Assembly: GCF_009914755.1 (NCBI RefSeq)
Contig: NC_060932.1
Source of the DNA: the human T2T-CHM13v2.0 reference genome, Homo sapiens
Reading direction: 5' to 3' (one strand)
Length of the DNA: 64,000 nt
The stretch's first letter is position 1, and each line of letters opens with the position of its first letter. The position numbers and the translations under genes were made by a program. Shown here piece after piece: positions 53,851 through 64,000 of the stretch. Below the pieces are notes generated by a model, which was not told the DNA's origin, did no database searches, and saw only the letters and a program-made list of their open reading frames with translations.

Positions 53851-54317
53851 TCTAATTGTGTTTTTTAAAATCCCTGGTGCCCAATATAGAGTCTTTAATG
53901 TACTAATAAATGAATGTTCATTAAAAATAATTGAATGTGAATCATTTCTGTAACTTGCGCTCTAAAAGTGGTTTACCTTTAAAGAATATTACCAGAATAA
54001 TATGAAAGTATACTTGGATGATTATTTTTTAATGATAGATGATTGTTTTGATATTGTGTTTTTTTCACCATGATAGAATAATTTTAAACATACTAAGTTC
54101 TCCACATACTGGGTTTGATTTAGTTTTAGTAATTAATTCATTGACAGTTATTGTGTTCTCATGTGTGTATATACATATATATAATTTGAGAAGAGGAGAC
54201 TTCCTTTTGAAAGTTGCTTTTGTCATTGGCTATTAATGAAATACTTTAATATAGGCAAGTGGTATATTAAAACCATGAATATATCAGCTATTCACAACAT
54301 AGATGAAAAATGTTTGT

Positions 54318-54513
54318 TATACTATAATGTCTAATAATCAGCATTATTAAAAAACCTTTCAATATATTGTCTAAAAATGCTGATTATTAGACATCATGTT
54401 ATAATGTCTAATAATATATTATATGTATTATATATAATGTCTAACATTTTAAAAAGTCTAATATACTATAATGTCTAATAATCAGCATTATTAGACATTC
54501 TTTCAATATGTTG
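54318..54513. repeat. Local cluster of direct and inverted repeats built on 'aatgtctaataatcagcatt'
   Basis: 32-bp direct repeat at 54318-54349 and 54462-54493; inverted copy at 54376-54394; partial copies between them. Confidence 0.9.
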
Positions 54514-55109
54514 ATATTATTAAATCAGTCAAAATCAATCACTCAGAAAGGAGCCACTCTGTACAGGTCACACAGGGCTGAATTCACTGGCATCAAATAT
54601 ATTGTTTGGGAAAATAAACAAATAACTACATTAAAGAGACAATATGTTCCAAAAGACCAAGTTAAGTCCACTCCCTTTAGTTTTGCAAGAGATGGGGATT
54701 CAAATCTGTAACACAATCAGCAACAAAATATAAAGATAATTTCTCTATATATTTCAAATAAGAAGATAGAGTATCTAGCCTAACATTATGTATTGTGCCA
54801 GACAGGCAGCCAAGAAGTACTAGCTGAAGGAATGAATGATGATAGAAACACATTGTTTGTATTTAAATTAATCAATAAATATCAGGGTAATCTGAAAATT
54901 GCCTTTCAGAGAAATGAGGTTTTCTGGGATTATGATTGCAAAATTTCATTGACAAGAGGTTAACTCCCCGTGCTGCTAACAAATCAAGCAAATAAAATTT
55001 CTGAATTTCTAGTTATTTTAAGCATATTTTTAATTTTACCAACTTTCAGCTTCCAGAAAATTTGGCAGAAGCATTTAGCATTACCTTGGAACATTCTAAC
55101 TGAATTCTG

Positions 55110-55250
55110 ATTCCAGCATTTTTAAGGATACTGAAATTCTGCAACAAAATACTGTGTTAGGTTTTTGGAGCCCATACTTTTACTGTATCATGAAGGTAAA
55201 TTTATCTCTGTTGCCTACCTCACAAAATTATTTTGAGAATTATATGATGT
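55110..55250 (+). mobile_element. MIR fragment
   Basis: 'tgcctacctcacaaaattattttgagaattatatga'. Confidence 0.5.
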
Positions 55251-55315
55251 ATTGACAAGGTCAAGGTAAACTGAATTTTATCATTTTGGACATTATAAAA
55301 CCACCTATAATCATA

Positions 55316-55319
<4 letters not shown>

Positions 55320-55354
<35 letters not shown>
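55320..55354. repeat. (TG)n microsatellite
   Basis: About 17 perfect TG units. Confidence 0.97.
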
Positions 55355-55356
<2 letters not shown>

Positions 55357-55448
55357 TTGTATATATTTGTGAAATATATTAAAATTTATACAAATTATTT
55401 AAAGATGGATTTGTACCAGGTAATGTTTCAAAATGCATATACTATATA

Positions 55449-55854
55449 GCTCTTAGTCCATCTTCTCTTGCTTGTAAGAGAATACCTGAAACAGGGCGAT
55501 GCACATAGTAAAGGATTTATTTCTTACATTTATAGAGGCAGAGAAATCTAAGGTTGGGGAGCCACATCTGGTGAGGGCATTCTGGCTGTTGGAGACTCTG
55601 TAAAGTCTCAAATCTGGGCAGGACATCATATGGCAAATAGGCTACATACTAGGTAAGCTCTGTATTCCTCGTTTTACAAAGCTACCACTCTCACCCCCAT
55701 GTTAACCCTTTAATCTACTAGCTCATTAATCCATCAATTCATGATTGAGCCTTTATGACCTAATCACCTCTTCCAAGCCCTGCCATTCAATACTGCCACA
55801 TTGACGATTGCATTTTAACATGAGGTTTTGGACATTACCTTTCAATCCATAGCA
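55449..55854 (-). mobile_element. MSTC-like MaLR LTR
   Basis: 'tcttagtccat...gccacatctggtgagggc...tgacctaatcacctc...ttcaatccatagca'. Confidence 0.82.
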
Positions 55855-56009
55855 CCTCTGTATTTTAAATTAAAACTTATAATTAAAAAATAATTTTGAA
55901 AATAGAAAGTCTATTTGTATTATAAATAAATTATATAATTTACGATGCTTGCCTTAAGTAAAGAGATATAATGGTGTATATGAATGGTGGAGTTTTGTGT
56001 TTTCTTTAA

Positions 56010-56374
<365 letters not shown>

Positions 56375-57296
56375 TAATAATAAAAAAATCTTATATTATG
56401 GTTAGTACTAAATACGTATTTGTTAAGCTGTTGTTTGATGTTATTATATGCCCTAGACAAGTTTTGGATGATTTGGGGAAAGCCAACTCCCAAGTGCCGT
56501 GAACCTGGGGAGATTTTTTAATTTGCAGGGATTTACATAAGTGTAATTAGAAGCCCTGGCATACCTCTCTATTTGCAGGTGGCCAAGAATCTCCCGGAAG
56601 AGAGCTTATTAAACACAGGCCACACATGGGATTCAGATAGAGACAGATTTATCTGAGGGACTAAGGTTAATAAATGGGGTCGTAACTTACGGAAGAAAAA
56701 TATAGATAATGAAATAAAGTCACATAAGTGAGGGAGTATTCTAGCATTCAGATAAGCCTTAACTTTAGGACCGGTATATTGTAAGCGTAAAAACAGGTGG
56801 GCAGTAGGACCACTTGAGTAAAGAATGCCAAGAGCATTAGATGGATATCAATGTGTTGCATCTCTGATCATGCAGGGGCAAAATGCCCCTCCACAAGTAA
56901 TTACTGAAGTTTATAAGTTATTTGGAAGATGAGTCTGAGGAAAGTATAGAATTATTTATAATTTACTGGCAATCTAACATTTTGGAATATTGTATTAACA
57001 TGACAAAATTATTTTCAACAGAAAGTCACCATAAGTATGCAACAGTTATGAGATCATATGAATTATTTATAATCAATGTATGTTTGTATTTTATGTAATT
57101 ATTTAGAAAAAGTACCAATATTATATAATCAAAATACAATTAGCAAGTAAATGAAAATAGAAATTTGTTGCTTTAAATATTGTATGGAAACACATTTACA
57201 ACATTTTGCCAAAAGTTACTTCCCTGGAGTGTTACATAAGATGCTGTCTAAGACTAGCTAACAACAACAGTGATGTTTTTTTTTTTTTTTAAGAAT

Positions 57297-57880
57297 TTTT
57301 ATTGGGTTTTTATTGCTGTGTAGCACATTACCAAAATCTTAGCATTTTAAATCAAATAACATTTACTATCTCACAGTCTTTGTGGGTCAAAAAGTCTGGA
57401 CACAACTTATCTTGCTCCTCTGAAAAGGTATCTTCAACATGTTGACTGACTAGGGCAGGGTTCTCATCTGGAAACTCAACTGGAGGTAAATCCTTCTGTA
57501 AGTGCACTCAGGATGTTTGCAGAACTCTCCTTACAGTTGAAGGGCTGAGGTCCCAAGTTATTGCTGGCTGCTGTCCAGAGCCTGCTATCAGCTCCTAGAA
57601 ATCTCCAGCAGTTTATTGGCTTGTGGTTCTCTCCATAGACTCTTTCACTAAATGGCAGCTTTATTCTTTAAGCTAGGGGGATAATAAGGCCCATTTTCAC
57701 TAGCAAAATGGAATCTTATAAAGTATGACATCACAGGAACAATCTTTCCTAATGTTTGCCAAATTCTATTGTTTAGACAAAAGTCACAGCTTCTGTCCAC
57801 ACACAAGAGGAAGAGATTATAAAAAGACATGAACACCTGAAGTCAGGAATCATTTTTGAGTCATTTTAGGGTCTATCACA
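57297..57880 (-). mobile_element. MLT1E-like MaLR LTR
   Basis: 'catttactatctcacagtctttgtgggtca...ttctcatctggaaactcaactgg...gggctgaggtccc...gacatgaacacc'. Confidence 0.78.
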
Positions 57881-58107
57881 GTTATGAACTATCAAGTGAC
57901 AAAACTTGATTGTTTTCTTACTTCACTTGGAGAAGATATCATGGTCAATCTTAATTGCTAATTAAATCAATTTGTGTATTTTAGTTAAAGTGAAAATCCA
58001 TGTATGAAGCACCATCAGCCATTTACAGTAAAAAAAGTTCTAGGAAAATACAAGTGTACTTTAGACCACTCAAATAGGAAACATTTTCTAAATAAAAATC
58101 AAATCAC

Positions 58108-58479
58108 TATTCTTACCCCAGTTGTACTGCTAACACAGAATACCTGAGACTGGGTAATTTATAAAGAACAGAGATTTATTTCTTACAGTTCCAGAGGCTG
58201 GGAAGTCCAAGGTCAAGGGGTCCACATCCAGCAAGGACCTTCTTACTTTGTCATCCCGTGGTGGAAGGCAGAGGGGCAAGAGCAGGTGAGAGTGTATGAG
58301 AGAGAGGAAATTCTTTTTCCTCCTTTTTTTTTTTCTCCAGGCTCCCTGCCAATTGGATGGTATCCACACACATTAAGGGCAGAGGCCAATCTCCTTCAGA
58401 AACATCCTCATAGACACACTGAGAATACCAGCTAAGTATTCTTTAATCCAGTCAGTTGACACCAAAATTAACCATTACA
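58108..58479 (-). mobile_element. LTR with an MST-like part (58108-~58308) joined to an MLT2-like part (~58309-58479)
   Basis: 'cagaatacctgagactgggtaatttataaag' (MST-type) then 'ttaatccagtcagttgacaccaaaattaaccattaca' (MLT2-type terminus). Confidence 0.65.
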
Positions 58480-61329
58480 CCAATGTTGTTCTAAAAAAAA
58501 AAATATATATACATGATTTTCTGAGTAACAGCTTATTTTAACAAGGTTAAACAAACGTACACAAGGCACCTTGTCCAAAAAGCCACCTAAAGTATTTTTT
58601 CTTACAATTGTCTATTGCTAGATATTATGGGTATAATCTCTTGGCGGTGGCCACTGGAATGTATGTTGGTATTTACTTAGGAAAGTATCTGTGTTGGGCT
58701 ACATGCAAACAAAATAATCTTCCAGGAGAACAGTCTGTGAAGAAAGGAAAAGAAACGAAAGAAGTCATAAGGACTATGAGAGACAAACAGGAATAAAGAA
58801 AGCATACATATTCTGAGAAAGGAGAAACTGACCTCAACAACTACAGTTTTCTAGGTCCTCTTCATCTTAAGCATGGATAAACATTGGCTTGAAATCCTAA
58901 TAGGTTTTCTTTCATGTTTTTACACTATTCCTCTACTCCTTTATTTGAGCTAGCAAAATAAATCACCATACCTGACAAACAAAGCTCTTTGAAGTAGTTT
59001 GATATTTAAAGGACAAAATTCTAATAGCACATTTATCTTAATATTTCCCTGGAATAAAAATACTTGGAAAAGTTTCATCAAACTCTAATGTAAATTTGAT
59101 TTTGTCTGCACCAAAATATTACTTCTTCATAAATGTCTCTTCTAATCGTTCTTTTAATTTATACTCCTATTTTTTCTCTCATAATTCATATTTTCTCCAT
59201 CTGTATTACACCTTATAATAGCAATTACTCCTTTTTAAAAATGTTTAAATAATCATTTGTGTGTGTGTGTGAGAGACTCACTTCTCAGGGAACTAGTTAA
59301 GGACCTTGTAAAAATTAGACAAAAAGTACACAAATATGTAAGCAACTTAATGTGAAGTAATGATTATTAGTATGAAATAAACTATAACAGTATAAGAAAC
59401 CAGTGTTTTAGATGGGGTTGCTTTTGGGAATAGGTTTTCTATGTGCCTTTTTTGCTATTGTAGAGTTTGTTTAATCATTAATACTTGAAAACTTGTTGGT
59501 ATTTGCATGTGGGTGTATGTGTGAGTATGCAGATATCTGAAATCTGCTTATATAACATTGTATCCTGACATTATTCCTTTATAATTCTGCATATATCTGA
59601 CATCTTTCAGAAAATTACTGTCTTATCTAAACCAGGTTAACCATAACCCTATATTCCCCAAAACTTCTGCTTTACAGCTGTAGTAGAATTTATCACTTTA
59701 TATGATAGTTGTTTCTTTACGTATTTTCTCCATTAAACTAAGTTCTTTGTAGGCAGAGATAATAATTACATTGGTTTTGTACATATAAAAATAGTGAGAA
59801 GATCCTTATTTCAGTGTTTGGGTATTTTAACTACTACAAAGGCACTAATTGTTCCTATTCATAATTAACTATATCACAGAACATTTTAATAGAATATGTT
59901 TAAAACTCACTGAAACACTATTTGAGGCAAGTACCCTAGGAAGCCAGCAGGAAGCATGCCCATCTGTGCCCTTGGAGACAGGCCTGCAGACTGCACACCC
60001 TAAAGAACCCTTGTAAGTTAGTCCCAGTACCTTTTAGCCACAGTCTTGGGCCAGTCTTGACCAACCACAGACCTACCAAAGGGCATAGTGAGAGCCTCAC
60101 CTATCCATGCACCTGGTATTAGACCCCCCACCTGCTGACCAACTGCAGACTTTGAAGCAGGCCCTTGTCCCAGTACTTGCCCTACTGAACAAGGTCTTGG
60201 AGGCAGCCAGCCTGTCAAGGTCCAGACAGGATCCACAGCTGCCCTAGTACCTGGTAACAGGTTTGCCAAACAAAGAACTAACTGCAGACCCACCAAAAGC
60301 CACATCAACCAGCTTTGACCACACTTTATTATGATTACAGAGGCAATTGCATCATCCCAGGAACCTGAAAGGAGAAGGCATTTTCCTGCTGAAAGAAGTT
60401 TCTAAACACTGGAAGAGGTGTTTGCTCCTTCCAAGGCATAGACATCAGTGTAAGGCTAGATGAATCATGATAAATCAGACAAACATGAAACTACTAAAGG
60501 AAACTAATAAAGCCCCAGTAGTAATCAACACCAAAGATATGGAGCTTTACAGATTGCCTGACAAATAATTCAAAATATTCGTCTTTAAGAAGTCCAATGT
60601 GATCCAAAAGAACATAGCTAGATGACTAAATAATGTTCAGGAAAACAATACATGAACAAAATTAGAAGTTTAATGAAAAAAATAGGAACCATGAAAAGGA
60701 ACCACACAGAAATTCTGGAGCTGAAGCATACAATGGCATAACTGAAAAAAACAATCGATGCAGATCTTCAGCAGCAGAATCAATCATACAGAATAATCAG
60801 GAAACTGGAGGATAGATTAGGCCAGGAAGGGGTAGGATTATCTCAAGTGATAACAACAACAACAAAAAAAGCAAGCAAACAAACAAAAGCCTGTCAACCA
60901 ACAAAACTATATCTAGCAAAGCTGTTCTCAGAAATGAAGGAGAAGTAAAGACATTTTTAGAGAAATAAAAGCCCCTTTTTTGGTGACTTCTAGGGAGTTC
61001 ATCACCACTAGTCCTGCCTTACAAGAAATGCTAAAGAGAGTTCTTCAAATTGAAACTAAAGGACACTAAGTAACAACATGAAAACACATGAAAGTATAAA
61101 AGTCACTAGTAGAGGTAAACCTATAATCAATTTCAGAATATTCTCATATTGTAATAATGGTGCATAAGTTATGTTTACAGAATATAAACTTTCAGTTATA
61201 TGGTTAATAAGTTCTGGAATTCTAGCATGTAGTATAGTCACTGTAGTTAATAATATTTACTTCAAATTTGTTAAGATCATTGATTTTTCCATGGCTAACA
61301 TTGTTTTATTTATTTTATTTATTTTTTAC

Positions 61330-61615
61330 TCATTTTTAACAAAATCCCATACATTTCATTAGCAAATTGTTCAGTATGTATCTCTAAAAGATAAAGACTC
61401 TTTAAAGAATTATAATATAGCACTCTTTAACCTATAAAACTATATAGTCAGTATTCACAATTTCTCTATTGTTGAAATGTGATTTTTAAAATAGATTATT
61501 CTTCACATAAGTGCCATACACTGTAATCGGCTAATATGTTTTTTACTCTCTAAATTTATAGGTGCTTCCTCAATTTATTATTGTTTTAAAATATCTACCT
61601 GCAGTTCGTTGAACA
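61330..61615 (-). mobile_element. L1MC4-like internal 3'UTR fragment
   Basis: 'ttcagtatgtatctctaaaagataaagactcttt...tagtcagtattcacaattt...taatatgttttttactctctaaatttatagg'. Confidence 0.65.
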
Positions 61616-61620
61616 CATCA

Positions 61621-61868
61621 ATTTTTAATTGATACGTGCTATTTACATATTTACAATATTTTGTTACATGCATAGAATGTGTAATGATCAAGTCAGAATG
61701 TTTACTTCTCCTTGAGTAATTAGCATTTTTATGTGTTGGGAATATTTCAAGCCCTGTCTACTAACTATTTTGAAATATACAATACATTGTTTTTACTGAT
61801 AGTCACCCTATTCTGCTAACAATGAAACTTATTTCTTCTATCTAACTGTACGTTTGTACCATTAACCA
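61621..61868 (-). mobile_element. L1MA4-6-like 3' end
   Basis: 'acatgcatagaatgtgtaatgatcaagtcag...ctattttgaaatatacaatacattg...ctaactgtacgtttgtaccattaacc'. Confidence 0.85.
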
Positions 61869-62160
61869 GACTCCAGAGAGTAGGTCTTAAGGGTTTACAA
61901 TAGCAACAACATAGGACAACTATGTGAGATGATGGATGTGTTAATTAACTTGATTATGGTAATTATTTTACAATGTATATAAAACATCATGTTTTGCATT
62001 TCGAACATATACAATTTTTATTTGTCAATTGTACCTCAGTAAAGCTGGAAAAATACTCTGAGAAGTGTCCCATCTATTCTCTAATTATATAACATTGTCA
62101 CTGACTTGATAGCCATGATAGATTTGCATGGTTGTACCTTCACTATTTAAAAACTGATAT

Positions 62161-62459
62161 GCCTGGTGCGGTGACTCACACCTGTAATACCAGCACTTTG
62201 GGAGGCCAAGGCTGGTGGAACACCTGAGGTCGGGAGTTTGAGACCAGCCTGACCAACATGGAGAAACCTCGTCTCTACTAAAAATACAAAATTATCCAGA
62301 CGTGGTGGCACACGCCTGTAGTCCCAGCTACTCGGGATGCTGAGGCAGGAGAATTGCTTGAACCTGGGAAGCAGAGGTTTGCGGTGAGCCGAGATCGCAG
62401 CAGTGTACTCCAGCCTGGGCAACAAGAGTGAAACTCCATCTCAAAAAAAAAAAAAAAAA
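62161..62459 (+). mobile_element. AluSp-like
   Basis: Diagnostics 'ggtcgggagtt', 'ctgaccaacatggagaaac' and 'ggcaacaagagtgaaactcc'; TSD aaaaactgata / aaaaacagata. Confidence 0.92.
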
Positions 62460-62862
62460 CAGATAGCTAATGTAATAAATTGTTTAATATTTCAAAAGAT
62501 TAAACATTTTCTTGGCAGAAACACATTGATGTTTAATTTTTACTTGTTTATTAATACAATATTTTTAAAGACCTTACATTATTTTATGCCATATATTTCT
62601 TTGTCATGGTTTTTAGTCTCATTTATATTTCTATAAAATGTAAACATTAGTCATATATATTTTACTTCCTTACAAGTGAGTTTTCCCTTTGAACACCATT
62701 TTTAATATCTCTAAAACTTATAAAAATTTCACATAGTTTTTTCTCATAGTTATGTTATTTATAGGTATGTGATTTGATAAAAAATACAGATCTTAGGTTG
62801 TCCCAATTCAAACAACTTGCCTGGATTTTACAACTATTTAATATACATGCATGTGCATGTCT

Positions 62863-62904
62863 CTGTGTGTGTGTGTGAGTGTGTGTGTGTATGTGTGTGT
62901 GTGT
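62863..62904. repeat. Imperfect (TG)n microsatellite
   Basis: Directly visible. Confidence 0.9.
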
Positions 62905-63129
62905 ATCACCCCTTAGATCTTTTTACTCCTGGCTTGTTCTCACCTTTCTGGTTTCTACATACATGGCATAAATATACCCTTTACAAAGAGACTCTGTTTT
63001 CTTAGAGACACTCTAAGGGATTTGCCTTTGATTGTCTTCATCAAAGAACCCAATTTATTTCTTTCATGAAACTAATGATGATTTTTTATTTAAATAATGT
63101 ATTTATTTAAATGCTTTAAGTAATTGTTT

Positions 63130-63410
63130 TCTTTTTTTCCTCACTATAGCATGTGCTTAACGGAGAACAAGGACACCGTCTGTCATGTTCTCTCTTGCAC
63201 CCTATCAATTCGCACAGTATGCGGTACATCTGTACATTGGTACAATAAATATTGGGTGATGTATTGATTAATGAGAAGAAAAGTACCTGAAATATATTGA
63301 AATTAAGGCTCTGAGAATGGGGAAATTGTGCCCTTTTGCTTCCATATCCACAGTCAACCTGTCTGAAGTTTTAGATGGCGTTAGAAGAGTCGCTCCTGTA
63401 ATATATGGGA
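63130..63410. mobile_element. L2 3' end (plus, ~63130-63280) followed by a MIR fragment (minus, ~63290-63410)
   Basis: 'gcacagtatgcggtacatc...caataaatattgg' and 'gaaattaaggctctgagaatgggga'. Confidence 0.5.
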
Positions 63411-64000
63411 AAAAAAAGTGTGTGCGTCTGTGTGTGTGTGTGTGTGCATGTAAAAGGAGAAAAGAAATAGAATAGGTATATTTAAATAATTATGAGATAG
63501 TCTAAATTGCCTTTCTAAACATTCCTAGTTCACCAAACATTACTTCTGGGGTTTCTGGAGGGAATGTGAGCCTCCCGAGCTGTAAGAGAATGAATAAACG
63601 AAGTTTTTGCCTTTGACCCCATAAATACAGACAAAAACAATACTTTCAGAGATACTATGCTTTCATGGATTCCAATGTAATGCTGTTTAAGGCCTGATAT
63701 ATCTTTGGTGCTCAAAACTTTTGGCAAATCTTTTCTAAATGGAGATGTATTATATGAAAATATCATTGGAAGAATCTCTTCTCCTGATGGATTTCTCTGA
63801 ATTGTACTTCTTTTTTTCTTGTAAAACTCTCCCTCCTTTTGTAGGCAGGCTTTTTTTTTTTTCTTTTATTTTTGTAAGAATTCTGCACCATTTTGTACTC
63901 AAATATAAATTTTATTTTATTTTAAAGTTGATTTAAGTAACAACAAAAGTAAATAAGTAAATACAAAATTTAAAAACTTGATAACATAGAGCAGTTTCTT

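Larger units (their letters stand above)
59925..62052 (+). mobile_element. L1MA9-like element: 5'UTR, internally deleted ORF1, then directly 3'UTR (61170-61290 and 61870-62052), interrupted by a minus-strand insert
   Basis: ORF1-like text 'gattgcctgacaaataattcaaaata' and 'gttcatcaccactagtcctgccttacaagaaatgct'; 3'UTR text 'aaactttcagttata...aataagttctgga' and 'tgtcaattgtacctcagtaaagctggaaaaa'. Confidence 0.75.

Noticed and set aside
58560-59000. Possible old LTR33/LTR78-type remnant
   Set aside because: Too diverged to assign family or boundaries by eye.

Overview
AT-rich, CpG-depleted, repeat-dense primate genomic DNA. AluY and LTR12C point to human or another catarrhine/ape. I find no supportable protein-coding gene, RNA gene or CRISPR-like array; the ORF track is explained by Alu, L1, LTR and low-complexity sequence. 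The window is mostly retroelement fossils: long old L1 copies, about 9 Alus, an intact CpG-rich solo LTR12C with a 4-bp TSD (the best candidate for a functional regulatory element), MaLR LTRs (MST/THE1/MLT), LTR47, MER21C, a decayed ERVL pol region with an LTR16, L2 and MIR. I cannot support a novel biological system. The notable signals are structural: two twin-primed (5'-inverted) L1s, a three-arm Alu inside one TSD, a probable ancient L1 3' transduction, an L1 whose 5'UTR is fused to the end of ORF2 (possibly spliced), a 186-bp segment copied into a microsatellite, and five separate fold-back/templated-insertion scars. Subfamily names come from my recollection of consensus sequences and need RepeatMasker/Dfam confirmation.
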